The notes beneath the pieces were generated by a model that saw nothing but the letters and a program-made list of their open reading frames with translations, was not told the origin of the DNA and made no database searches. Below are positions 19,699 to 29,427 of a stretch of 64,000 nt of DNA, piece by piece (within the stretch, counting starts at the first letter, position 1; every line of letters begins with the position of its first letter). This stretch comes from an uncultured Planctomycetales bacterium. GTDB taxonomy: Bacteria; Omnitrophota; Gorgyraeia; Gygaellales; Profunditerraquicolaceae. Made by a program: the position numbers and the translations under genes. The stretch is taken from assembly GCA_964579435.1 (NCBI GenBank), contig CAZOGI010000010.1, forward strand, positions 23,583 through 87,582, read 5' to 3'.

Positions 19699-20594
19699 GA
19701 GAGGAATCCATGCCCCCCAAAGCTTTCGTTACCGGCGCCAACGGCATGCTCGCCGACGCGCTCTGCCCGCTCCTGGCCAAAAGCGGCATGACCGTTATCG
19801 GTTCGGACATAGTCCCTGCTGAAGGGCTCCTGAAGCTCAATGTCGCCGAACGCAGCGCCGTCCAAGAAGCGATCCGGGAATGCCGGCCCGCCTTTGTCTT
19901 TCATCTTGCCGCAGAGACCAACGTCGACAAATGCGAGAGCGAAAAGGAACACGCCTTCGCCATTAACTGGCGGGGAACCGAATACGTGGCGCAGGCGGCG
20001 GCCGCGGCCGGCGCGACGCTGGTCTATATCAGCACCGGTGCGGTCTTTGACGGCCGCAAGAAAGGCGGCTACACCGAAGAGGATACCCCGGCGCCTTTGA
20101 GCGTTTACGGCACCAGCAAGCTCAAAGGAGAAGAGGCGGTCCGCTCCATCACCCCGCGCCATTGTATCGTACGCGCCGGATGGATGATCGGCGGCCTCAA
20201 TAAGGACAAAAAATTCGTCTGGAAGATCCTTCAGCAGCTCAAGGAGAACAAACCCCTCAAGGCGGTGGTCGACAAATTCGGCAGCCCGACCTTCACCGCC
20301 GATTTTTCCCGCGGGATCCTTTCGATCGTCGAGAAGGGCGCCTACGGCACCTACCATTGCGCCAACGAAGGGATCTGCACCCGCTACGATATCGCGCGAA
20401 AGATCGTCGAATTCCTGGGCCGCCGGGACATTGTTGTCGAAGCGGTCACCTCGGAGGCATTTCCGCTCCCGGCACCGCGCGGAGAATCAGAAGCGCTCCT
20501 CAACGCACAGATGCGCCGGCTGGGGCTTCCTGCGCAGCGGCACTGGGAAGAAGCCTTGCGGGAATACCTGAAAACCGCGACCGCCCCGGTATGA
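19695..20594 (+). CDS. RmlD-like NAD(P)H-dependent reductase, second paralog
   Basis: AFVTGANGMLADAL Rossmann motif. YGTSKLKGE YxxxK. KFGSPTFTADFS typical of the RmlD family. Confidence 0.7.
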   Translation: MREESMPPKAFVTGANGMLADALCPLLAKSGMTVIGSDIVPAEGLLKLNVAERSAVQEAIRECRPAFVFHLAAETNVDKCESEKEHAFAINWRGTEYVAQAAAAAGATLVYISTGAVFDGRKKGGYTEEDTPAPLSVYGTSKLKGEEAVRSITPRHCIVRAGWMIGGLNKDKKFVWKILQQLKENKPLKAVVDKFGSPTFTADFSRGILSIVEKGAYGTYHCANEGICTRYDIARKIVEFLGRRDIVVEAVTSEAFPLPAPRGESEALLNAQMRRLGLPAQRHWEEALREYLKTATAPV

Positions 20595-21676
20595 GGATCC
20601 TGTTCCTGCAGCCGTATCCGACCGAAGGACCCAGCAGCCGATACCGCGTCGAGCAGTTCATTCCCGGACTGCGCGCGCGGGGATGGGACTGCTGTGTGCG
20701 GCCGTTTCTTTCACCCGGGTTCTATCGCATCCGCTACACGAAAGGCCAGACCCTGCGCAAGATCTGGCTCTTCTTTCTCTGCAGTATCCGCCGCGCCGCA
20801 GACCTGGGGCGCGCCTTCGCCAGCGATATCGTCTTCATCCATCTTGAGGCATTCCCCCTGGGGCCGCCGCTCTTTGAATGGATACTCTTTCGCTGCGGCA
20901 AAAAAATAGTCTACGATATCGACGACGCCATCTACCTGGGCAGGACCAGCCCCGCAAACCGTTCCCTGCGTTTCCTGAAATGCCCCGGGAAGATCCCTCA
21001 CCTCATCCGCATGGCAGATGCGGTCGTCACCTGCAACACGTACCTGGGAGACTATTGCCGGCGCTGGAACAAAGAGGTATCCGTCATCCATACCGCCCTC
21101 GACACCGACCGCTTCAGCCCGCCGCCGGCATCCCGGCGGGGCGCGGGAGCGTTGACGATCGGCTGGATCGGCTCCCACAGCACCGCTGCCTACCTGGACC
21201 GGCTGCAGGGCATACTCGTGACGCTGGCCCGGGAATTTTCCTTCCGGTTCCTCATCGTCGGCGCAGGAGAATACCTCTTGCGCGCGCCGGGGGTTCGCGT
21301 CGAATACGCCGCCTGGCGGCTCGACGAAGAGGTGGAGCGCTTCCGGTCTCTCGATATCGGCGTCTACCCCTTACCGGACGACGAATGGGTGTTGGGCAAG
21401 ACCGGCTTCAAGACGCTGCAGTTTATGAGCGTCGGCGTCCCGTGCGTCGCCTCGGCAGTCGGGACGAACAGGCAGATCATCCGCGACGGCGTCAACGGCT
21501 TCCTGGCCAAGACCGACGATGAATGGCTGCGCAAGCTGCGGCTGCTGCTGCAGGATGAGCGGCTGCGCCGTTCGATCGGCGATGAAGGCCGCCGTACCGT
21601 CGAAAGCACCTATTCCCTCAAAATCGCTGCGGCGCGCCTGGAAGCGCTCCTGCAGTCAGTTCACCAACGGCGATAG
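20591..21676 (+). CDS. Glycosyltransferase (GT-B, GT1/GT4-like)
   Basis: MRILFLQPYPTEG N-terminus. C-terminal FMSVGVPCVASAVGTNRQIIRDGVNGFL motif. ATGA overlap with upstream gene. Confidence 0.65.
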   Translation: MRILFLQPYPTEGPSSRYRVEQFIPGLRARGWDCCVRPFLSPGFYRIRYTKGQTLRKIWLFFLCSIRRAADLGRAFASDIVFIHLEAFPLGPPLFEWILFRCGKKIVYDIDDAIYLGRTSPANRSLRFLKCPGKIPHLIRMADAVVTCNTYLGDYCRRWNKEVSVIHTALDTDRFSPPPASRRGAGALTIGWIGSHSTAAYLDRLQGILVTLAREFSFRFLIVGAGEYLLRAPGVRVEYAAWRLDEEVERFRSLDIGVYPLPDDEWVLGKTGFKTLQFMSVGVPCVASAVGTNRQIIRDGVNGFLAKTDDEWLRKLRLLLQDERLRRSIGDEGRRTVESTYSLKIAAARLEALLQSVHQRR

Positions 21677-21680
21677 CCTT

Positions 21681-23585
21681 ATGTGCGGCATCTGCGGATT
21701 CATCGACAACCGGGCAGACGGGGCATGCGGCGAAGAGGTGCTGCGGGAGATGAACCGCCGCCTTTCGCACCGCGGACCCGACGACGAAGGAACCTACCTT
21801 GCCCGTTCGCCCCGTGTGGGGACCGTGGGCCTGGGCCACCGGCGCCTCAAGATCATCGATCTCTCCGCCGCCGGAAGGCAGCCGATGGCCAATGAAGACG
21901 GCAGCATCCGCCTCGTCCTCAACGGGGAAATCTACAACTACCGCCAGCTGCGCGCCCTGCTGCAGGAGAAAGGCCATGTCTTCTCTTCCGAGACCGACAC
22001 CGAAACCCTGGTCCATCTCTACGAAGAGGAGGGGACGGGACTGCTGCAACGGCTGCGCGGGATGTTCGCCTTCGCCCTCTGGGACGAAAAGAAACAGCTC
22101 CTCTTGCTTGCGCGTGACCGCATCGGGAAGAAACCGCTCGTGTACGCACAGGACGGCCGGTTTTTCTGTTTCGCTTCGGAGCTCAACAGCCTGATGGCTG
22201 CGGCAACCGGCCGCCCCCAGATGGAAATGCCGGCGCTGGACGACTACTTAAGCTTCGGGTACATCCCGGCGCCGCTGACCATTTACAAGGGTATCCGCAA
22301 ACTCCCGCCGGGACATTTCCTCATACTCAGGGATGGGCGGATGAGCCTGGAGCGCTACTGGCGGCTGCAGTACGGGCCGAAGCGGCGCATCAGCGAAGAG
22401 GATGCCGCCCAGGAAACCCTGCGGCTGCTGGAGGAATCGGTGCGCGTTCGGCTCAACAGCGACGTGCCCCTGGGCGCTTTCTTAAGCGGAGGTATCGACT
22501 CAAGCGCGGTGGTCGCGCTCATGAGCCGGGCAGGGGCGGGACAAGTCAAAACCTTCTCGATCGGATTCGGCGACGCCGATTACGACGAGCTCAAATTCGC
22601 GCGCCTCATCGCCCGCCGTTACGGGACCGACCACCACGAATTCACCGTCCGGCCCAACGCCCTCGGGATCATCGACGAGCTCGTGACCCGTTACGGCGAA
22701 CCGTTCGCCGACTCCTCCTGCATCCCGACCTACTACGTCTCCGAGATGACCCGCCGCTCGGTCACCGTCGCCCTCAACGGCGACGGGGGAGACGAATTGT
22801 TCGCCGGCTATGACCGGTACCGGGCGATGCTCATCGCGCAAAAGCTCTTCGAATACCCGCATGCGCTGCGCAGCAGGCTGCGGGCGCTGGAACGGCTCCT
22901 GCCGGATTCACCCAACCCCCGCAGCAGGCTGCGCAGGGCAAAACGGTTCCTGCAGGCCGCGTTCATGCCCGAAGCGAAACGCTACTGCCGGTGGCTGGGG
23001 ATCTTCACCCCCGAGCAGCGGCACAGCCTCTATTTAACGCGGGACAGCAGCCTGTACGAAAAAGACCGCGCCGCTGACCTCATCACCGCACTCCTGGGCG
23101 AGGCAAACACCGAGGCGCTTCTGGACAGGATACTCTATACCGACAGCCTCCTGTACCTGCCCTTTGATCTGCTGGTCAAAGTCGATATCGCCAGCATGAC
23201 CCATGCGCTGGAAGCGCGTTCTCCGTTCCTGGACCAGGAACTCATCGAATTCGTCGCCCGGCTTCCGGCGGATTACAAGCTGCGCGGCTCGACGAGCAAG
23301 TACCTCCTCAAAAAAGCGCTCCACCCCCATCTGCCCGGCCCGATACTGTCGCGGGGCAAGATGGGATTCGGCGTCCCCCTGGGCAGGTGGTTCCGCGGAG
23401 AGCTGCGCGATTTCGTCAAAGACAACCTCTGCTGCGCGCAGACGCGTATCACCTCATTCCTGAACGCGGAAGAGATCGACCGCATCGTCCACGAGCACAT
23501 CGTGCTGAACAAAGACCGTTCGTACCAGATATGGAGCCTGCTGATGCTGGAGTTGTGGCATCGCCGTTTTATGCCGTCGCCGTAA
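21681..23585 (+). CDS. Asparagine synthase (glutamine-hydrolysing) family amidotransferase, EPS-locus type
   Basis: MCGICGF N-terminal nucleophile. SGGIDSS PP-loop. 634 aa. Confidence 0.85.
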   Translation: MCGICGFIDNRADGACGEEVLREMNRRLSHRGPDDEGTYLARSPRVGTVGLGHRRLKIIDLSAAGRQPMANEDGSIRLVLNGEIYNYRQLRALLQEKGHVFSSETDTETLVHLYEEEGTGLLQRLRGMFAFALWDEKKQLLLLARDRIGKKPLVYAQDGRFFCFASELNSLMAAATGRPQMEMPALDDYLSFGYIPAPLTIYKGIRKLPPGHFLILRDGRMSLERYWRLQYGPKRRISEEDAAQETLRLLEESVRVRLNSDVPLGAFLSGGIDSSAVVALMSRAGAGQVKTFSIGFGDADYDELKFARLIARRYGTDHHEFTVRPNALGIIDELVTRYGEPFADSSCIPTYYVSEMTRRSVTVALNGDGGDELFAGYDRYRAMLIAQKLFEYPHALRSRLRALERLLPDSPNPRSRLRRAKRFLQAAFMPEAKRYCRWLGIFTPEQRHSLYLTRDSSLYEKDRAADLITALLGEANTEALLDRILYTDSLLYLPFDLLVKVDIASMTHALEARSPFLDQELIEFVARLPADYKLRGSTSKYLLKKALHPHLPGPILSRGKMGFGVPLGRWFRGELRDFVKDNLCCAQTRITSFLNAEEIDRIVHEHIVLNKDRSYQIWSLLMLELWHRRFMPSP

Positions 23586-23601
23586 GGCCCAAGAGAACCC
23601 C

Positions 23602-25488
23602 ATGACCGAAACCGTCAAAGAAGACATCATCTGCATTTCCTCCATCGACTGGGATTTCATCTGGCAGGGGCACCAGGAGATCTGCTCGACCCTGGCCCGC
23701 CAGGGCAACCGCGTCCTCTTCATCGAGAATACGGGAGTTCGCTCCCCCGGGATCCGGGATATGGGCAGGCTGCGCAGCCGCATCCGCAACTATCTGCGCG
23801 GGACCAAAGGCATACGCAAGGAAGCCCCCAACCTCTACGTTTACTCGCCGCTTGCCCTGCCGTTCCCGTATTCCCGCCTCGCCCGGATGATCAACCGGCG
23901 GCTGATGCTCTCGATGATCCGGCGCTGGATGGATGCGATCGGGTTCCAGCGGCCCGTGATCTGGACCTTTCTGCCGACCGGCACGGCGCTGGACCTCATC
24001 CACAGCCTCGAACCGAAACTCCTCATCTACTATTGCATCGACAATTTTACCGCCAGTTCCGCAGCCGCCGCCAGGATCCGTTCCAGCGAGCGAGCGCTGA
24101 TCAGGGAAGCGGACCTGGTCTTTACGACCTCGCACGCCCTCTATGAGTACTGCGCCCGGGACAGCTCCCGCGTGCACCTGTTCCCTTTCGGGGTCAACAT
24201 AAGCCGCTTCGAGGCGGTGCGCGACGATCCCAACGCGCCCGTCCCGCCGGACATCGCGGCGCTGCGCCCGCCGATCGTCGGCTACGTCGGCGGCATCCAC
24301 AAATGGATCGATTTTCCCCTCCTGGAGCATGCGGCGCGCGCGCTTCCCGATGTCACCTTCGCCCTGGTCGGCCCCCTGCAGGCCGACCCGGGAACGCTGC
24401 GGGGCCTGCCCAACGTGCATTTCCTGGGGAACAAACAGCACACCGAACTGCCGCACTACATAAAACGGTTCTCGGCTGCCGTCATTCCCTACCGCCTCAG
24501 CGAATACACCCGTAACGTCTATCCGACAAAACTCAACGAATACCTCTCCCTCGGCACCCCGGTTGTCTCAACCGCGCTGCCGGAAATAGAGGCATTCGCG
24601 CGCAAACATCCCGGGACCGTCGAGCTTGCCGATTCTCCGGAATCTTTTTCCCAGCGCCTCAAGGAAACCCTCCGCAAGAAAGAGGATGCGCCGCAACGCT
24701 CGGCGCGGATAGCCGCCGCGCGCCTGAACAGCTGGGAGGCGCGCATCGCCGAGATGTCCGCGCTTATCGGCGAAGCTCTGGAGAAAAAACGCATCCAGCA
24801 GGAAGCGCACTGGACGGAAAACATTCTGGCCTTCTCCCGCGCTGCTTCGCGCAAGATCTCCTCCATAATCCTCTTGACCGGCCTCGCCTACGGCGCCCTT
24901 TTTTACACCCCCTTGCTCTGGACCCTGGCCCGGCCGTTGCTGGTGGTCGAGAAACCGCTCAAGAGCGACGCGATAGTCGTCTTTGCCGGAGGGGTGGGGG
25001 AGTCGGGGAAATGGGGGCAAGGGTACGAGGAACGCGTGCAGTATGCCGTCGAACTGTACCGGCAGGGATTCGCCCCCAAGCTCCTCTTCTCCTCCGGCTA
25101 CAGCTACGCCTTCAAGGAACCGCAGATCATGAAAGCCCTGGCCGTTTCGCTGGGCGTCCCAACCACTGACATACTCCTGGAAGAGAATGCGATCCGCACC
25201 TACGAAAATGCCCTCTACAGCAGCGCCCTGTGCCGCGCGCACGGCTGGCACTCGATCCTCCTGGTCACTTCGCCCTATCATACGCGCCGCGCCTGCCTGG
25301 TCTTTCGAAAGATCGCGCCGCAGCTTTACGTCAGGTATACGCCCATTCCCCAAAGCCTTTTTTACACCCCGCCTGCCCGCAACGCAGGCGGCGGTATCCT
25401 GAAGAGATGGGCCACCCCCGATCAGGTCAGCGGCATACTGCATGAATATATAGGCATCGTCTACTATTGGATCAAAGGCTGGATTTAA
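23602..25488 (+). CDS. Glycosyltransferase (GT-B) fused to a C-terminal YdcF/ElyC/SanA-like DUF218 domain
   Basis: The N-terminal 400 aa show GT-B features. The C-terminal block VVFAGGVGE...KLLFSSGYSY...TYENALYS resembles DUF218. Confidence 0.6.
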   Translation: MTETVKEDIICISSIDWDFIWQGHQEICSTLARQGNRVLFIENTGVRSPGIRDMGRLRSRIRNYLRGTKGIRKEAPNLYVYSPLALPFPYSRLARMINRRLMLSMIRRWMDAIGFQRPVIWTFLPTGTALDLIHSLEPKLLIYYCIDNFTASSAAAARIRSSERALIREADLVFTTSHALYEYCARDSSRVHLFPFGVNISRFEAVRDDPNAPVPPDIAALRPPIVGYVGGIHKWIDFPLLEHAARALPDVTFALVGPLQADPGTLRGLPNVHFLGNKQHTELPHYIKRFSAAVIPYRLSEYTRNVYPTKLNEYLSLGTPVVSTALPEIEAFARKHPGTVELADSPESFSQRLKETLRKKEDAPQRSARIAAARLNSWEARIAEMSALIGEALEKKRIQQEAHWTENILAFSRAASRKISSIILLTGLAYGALFYTPLLWTLARPLLVVEKPLKSDAIVVFAGGVGESGKWGQGYEERVQYAVELYRQGFAPKLLFSSGYSYAFKEPQIMKALAVSLGVPTTDILLEENAIRTYENALYSSALCRAHGWHSILLVTSPYHTRRACLVFRKIAPQLYVRYTPIPQSLFYTPPARNAGGGILKRWATPDQVSGILHEYIGIVYYWIKGWI

Positions 25489-25501
25489 AAGAGGAGACCG
25501 C

Positions 25502-26353
25502 ATGAAACTCATCGACCCCAAAGGCAGACTCTTCGGCGTCATCAACGTCATCGACCTTCTCGCGCTCATCTTCCTTCTTTCCTTCATCCCGCTTTTCATC
25601 TTCTCCCTGCGCCTGCTCATGCCGCGCAAAATCGCCAAGCCGCAGGTCGAATACGTGACCATCGAGCTCTATGGGCTGTTCAAAAAGCTTCCGGCCGAAA
25701 CAGCCGAGACAGTTGCCGCCGCCGACACCGAACGCGCGCCCGACGGCTCTATCCTGGGCACCATCCTCTGGCGCGGAGAAACACGGCCGCACACCTGGAA
25801 GATAGACCTGGGCAACAACAAATTCCAGACCGTCCAGGACCCCTCCCTCAAGGAAATCCCGGTGAAACTGGCGCTTCGCGTCGAGCGGGTCGGCGAAAAG
25901 GCGACCTATAACATGCACCCAATCTCGCTGAATGAAGAACTGATCTTTTGCGCGGAAAAATACACCGCCCGCCTTCAGCTCAGGCCCGAGGGATTCCCGA
26001 CGGAATGGCTTACCGTTAAGGTCTGCTTCACCGGCCTATCCCCCGAATTGAGCAAATTGATCCGGGAAGGGGCCAACGAAAAAGACGAAACAAACCAGAT
26101 CATCGGCAAGGTCAGCAGGATCATCTCGTCGATCGTTTTAGAGCCCTCCCCGAACAAACTGCTGCAGGCGCAATTCGATCAAAACACAAAAGAGTACAAT
26201 CGCGTGATGACCGTGGTCGCAATGAAGCTTTTCTGCAGGAAGAGCCCTACCGGAGAATTCCAGTACAAGGATTTCGCCGTGCGCGTCGGCTCCCAGATCG
26301 TTTTCGCGACGCCGCACTTCATCATATCCGGGGATGTTCTCGAAATGGAATGA
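25502..26353 (+). CDS. Hypothetical membrane-anchored protein (possibly DUF4330-like)
   Basis: N-terminal MKLIDPKGRLFGVINVIDLLALIFLL signal-anchor segment. No catalytic motif seen. Confidence 0.35.
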   Translation: MKLIDPKGRLFGVINVIDLLALIFLLSFIPLFIFSLRLLMPRKIAKPQVEYVTIELYGLFKKLPAETAETVAAADTERAPDGSILGTILWRGETRPHTWKIDLGNNKFQTVQDPSLKEIPVKLALRVERVGEKATYNMHPISLNEELIFCAEKYTARLQLRPEGFPTEWLTVKVCFTGLSPELSKLIREGANEKDETNQIIGKVSRIISSIVLEPSPNKLLQAQFDQNTKEYNRVMTVVAMKLFCRKSPTGEFQYKDFAVRVGSQIVFATPHFIISGDVLEME

Positions 26354-26991
26354 CCATGAAATCTGAGGTCCTCAGCAAAAGCCTGACCAGACACCTCTTG
26401 AACGGGATGCGGCTATCCGCTATCCGGTGGCTGCGCCTGTTCGCATATGCCTATCCGCAGAGCGTCTCCTGCCGGTCGCTGCAACGCCTCGGATCCCCGT
26501 ACGGCAACAGCCGCACGCGCACGACAATCGCTCTGGCTCAACAGCTCTTTAATAATTCCGCTCACGGATACCCGTTCAGTCTTTTGCGAAGAGCCATGCT
26601 CATGCTTTCAGGAGTGCTGCTGCGGGAAAGGGGATTGCTCAAGAGCAGCCTTTTCGCTGCCGGCATGCGCACCGCAGGCGCACGGCTTATGCGCACGCTC
26701 GTTGACATTTCCGAGAACAGCATCCTGCGCGTCAGGGCAAAGCAACAAACCCGCGCGCCGGAATGGGCGATACTCCTTTTCTGCGGCCTGGGCATCGCCG
26801 CGGCACAGGCGCTCCTGGCACCGCCTCTGTGGACTTGCGTGTCTCCCCCCGTCGTCGTTTTTCGCAGCCTGTGCGCAGGACTGGGGGCATTGTCGGCGAT
26901 CGGCCTCATCGCCTTTCCCGATGAGCTCAAAAGGACCGCTGCGGGAAGCCTCGTCGCGGGGATCATAAATAGGTGTTGTAAAGGGGGCTGA
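26350..26991 (+). CDS. Hypothetical protein with C-terminal hydrophobic segments
   Basis: ATGA overlap with upstream gene. No recognisable motifs. Confidence 0.3.
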   Translation: MTMKSEVLSKSLTRHLLNGMRLSAIRWLRLFAYAYPQSVSCRSLQRLGSPYGNSRTRTTIALAQQLFNNSAHGYPFSLLRRAMLMLSGVLLRERGLLKSSLFAAGMRTAGARLMRTLVDISENSILRVRAKQQTRAPEWAILLFCGLGIAAAQALLAPPLWTCVSPPVVVFRSLCAGLGALSAIGLIAFPDELKRTAAGSLVAGIINRCCKGG

Positions 26992-27052
26992 TTTCCCTTA
27001 CAATATGCGCCAGATGAAAGATAACCAAGGCTCACCCAAACGAGGACAAAAG

Positions 27053-28027
27053 ATGAATATACTGATCACCGGCGGCGCCGGATTCATCGGTTCGCACCTG
27101 GCAGAGCGCCTCCTGCGCGCGGGACACCGGGTAACGGCATTGGACAACCTTTCGACCGGCAAGATTTCCAATATCGCGCACCTGCAGAAAGACCGATCCT
27201 TCCAGCTGGTCATCGGCACGATCCTCAACGAGATGCTCGTCGACAAGCTGGTGGAGCGTTGCGACTGCATCTTCCATCTGGCGGCGGCGGTCGGCGTTGA
27301 GCTCATCGTCAAAAAGCCGATGGAATCACTCACCACCAACATCAAGGGCAGCGAGATCGTCCTGAACATGGCCCACCGTTACCACAAAAAGATCCTCATC
27401 ACCTCCACCTCCGAGATATACGGCAAAAACACCTCCGGCCCCCTCAAGGAAGACGGCGACCGGATCCTCGGATCCCCCTTAAAGACCCGCTGGAGCTACT
27501 CGACCGCCAAGGCAGTCGATGAGATGCTGGCATACGTCTACTGGAAGGAATACGGGGTCCCCTCGGTTATCGTGCGGCTCTTTAACACCGTCGGCCCGCG
27601 GCAATCAAGCGCCTACGGCATGGTCATGCCGCGTTTTATCGAGCAGGCGCTGGCAAACAGGCCGCTGACGGTCTTCGGCTCGGGCAAGCAAACGCGCTGC
27701 TTTATCCACGTCAAGGACGTGGTGAGCGCCCTCATCAAGCTCAGCAACGAGCCGCGCGCGATAGGGGAGGTCTTCAACATCGGCTCCCAGGAAGAGATCA
27801 GCATCGAAAAACTCGCCCTCAGGATCATCGCGCTCACCAGGAGCAAATCCAAGATCCAATACCTCCCGTACGAAAAGGCCTACGAAGAGGGATTCGAGGA
27901 TATGCAGCGTCGTGTCCCCGACACCTCCAAGATAAAAAAACTGGTCGGTTTTAAGCCGACGGTTTCCCTCTCCGGGATCATCCTCGACACCCTGCGCTCT
28001 CTTAAGAAAACAGCCAAGACACGCTAG
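27053..28027 (+). CDS. NAD-dependent epimerase/dehydratase (GalE / UDP-sugar epimerase-like)
   Basis: MNILITGGAGFIGSHLAERLL Rossmann motif. YSTAKAVDE YxxxK. Confidence 0.8.
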   Translation: MNILITGGAGFIGSHLAERLLRAGHRVTALDNLSTGKISNIAHLQKDRSFQLVIGTILNEMLVDKLVERCDCIFHLAAAVGVELIVKKPMESLTTNIKGSEIVLNMAHRYHKKILITSTSEIYGKNTSGPLKEDGDRILGSPLKTRWSYSTAKAVDEMLAYVYWKEYGVPSVIVRLFNTVGPRQSSAYGMVMPRFIEQALANRPLTVFGSGKQTRCFIHVKDVVSALIKLSNEPRAIGEVFNIGSQEEISIEKLALRIIALTRSKSKIQYLPYEKAYEEGFEDMQRRVPDTSKIKKLVGFKPTVSLSGIILDTLRSLKKTAKTR

Positions 28028-28031
28028 GCTC

Positions 28032-29297
28032 TTGCGCCATACGCACGCTATGGCCGACTCCCGTCACCGACAACCAACCGCTGCGGTGCGCGTCATGCGC
28101 ATCATCGCCCGCCTGAATATCGGCGGCCCGGCAATCCATGCGGTACTGCTCAGCAGCTGCCTGGACCGGAACCGTTTCGAAACGCTCCTGGTCACCGGGG
28201 AAAAAGAGCCCCGGGAAGGGGACATGTCCTATCTGGCCAGGCGCGCGCGGATAGAAGCGGTGGTCATCCCGCAGATGCGCCGGTCACTCAACCCCTTGCT
28301 CGACCTGATCGCCTTCTTTAAGATCTGCGGCTTGATCTCCCGTTTCCGGCCGCAGATCCTGCACACCCACACCGCCAAAGCCGGCACCCTCGGGCGCCTG
28401 GCTGCCTTAACGATCAACCTCTGGCGCGCCCTGACCTTGAGCCCCTTCATCCGCACGGTGCATACGTTCCACGGTCATGTGCTCAGCGACTATTTCAACC
28501 CGATCCAGACCGCTTTCTTCCGAACGCTTGAACGCCTTCTCGCGGCAGGGACCGACCGGCTCGTGACCGTCAGCGAAACGGTTAAACAGGATCTACTGCG
28601 CCTCAAGATCTCCTCCGGGAAACGATTGAGCGTCATCCGGCTTGGGTTCGACCTCGAGCCTTTTTTGTCGCTTGAGCCGGCCCGTTGCGCTACCAGACCG
28701 CGGGTCGGCATCGTCGGCAGGCTCGTGCCGATCAAGAACCACCGCATGTTCCTGGACGCGGTCACGCTCCTGGAAACGGACGCGCAGGCGCATTGTGACT
28801 TTGAAATCATCGGTGACGGCGAGCTGCGCGAATCGCTTCAGTCTTATGCGCAACAGAAAGGCATCGCAGCGCACCTTGAGTTCCGGGGCTGGCAACAGGA
28901 CCTGCCGGCCGTCTACCGCAACCTCGACATCGTCGCGCTGACCTCACTCAACGAAGGCACGCCCGTCTCGATCATCGAAGCGCTCGCCTCAGGGCGAGCG
29001 GTCGTCGCAACCCAGGTCGGAGGGGTCAGCGATCTGCTCGGAGCGGCCCGCAGCGGTTTCGAGGATAACGCTGGTTTCAAAGTATGCCAGCGGGGAATAC
29101 TCATCCGCTCCGGCGATGCGCGCGGCCTCTTTGAGGCGCTGCGGTTTCTCTGCGCGCATCCGCAGCTGTGGCCGGCGCTTACCGAAGCAGGCAGGATATT
29201 CGCCCGGGAGAATTTCGGCAAGGAGCGGCTGGTGGGGGAGATAGAGCGACTGTACGGGGAGTTATTGAAACATAGACACATGACACCTGACACATGA
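28032..29297 (+). CDS. Glycosyltransferase family 4
   Basis: GT-B layout. C-terminal TSLNEGTPVSIIEALASGRAVVATQVGGVSDL resembles the GT4 signature. Probable start ATG 28095. The 3' end runs into a GACACA heptamer repeat. Confidence 0.7.
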   Translation: MRHTHAMADSRHRQPTAAVRVMRIIARLNIGGPAIHAVLLSSCLDRNRFETLLVTGEKEPREGDMSYLARRARIEAVVIPQMRRSLNPLLDLIAFFKICGLISRFRPQILHTHTAKAGTLGRLAALTINLWRALTLSPFIRTVHTFHGHVLSDYFNPIQTAFFRTLERLLAAGTDRLVTVSETVKQDLLRLKISSGKRLSVIRLGFDLEPFLSLEPARCATRPRVGIVGRLVPIKNHRMFLDAVTLLETDAQAHCDFEIIGDGELRESLQSYAQQKGIAAHLEFRGWQQDLPAVYRNLDIVALTSLNEGTPVSIIEALASGRAVVATQVGGVSDLLGAARSGFEDNAGFKVCQRGILIRSGDARGLFEALRFLCAHPQLWPALTEAGRIFARENFGKERLVGEIERLYGELLKHRHMTPDT

Positions 29298-29427
29298 CAC
29301 AAGGTGGAGCACACGAACACAGGAACACAAGGAAATCCCGTGCCCTGATGCTCTTGTGCACCGGTGCGCCTGGCTCTTATAACTGGTGTCTTGTGCCTGG
29401 TCACCCGATTTGTTATAATATAGACTT

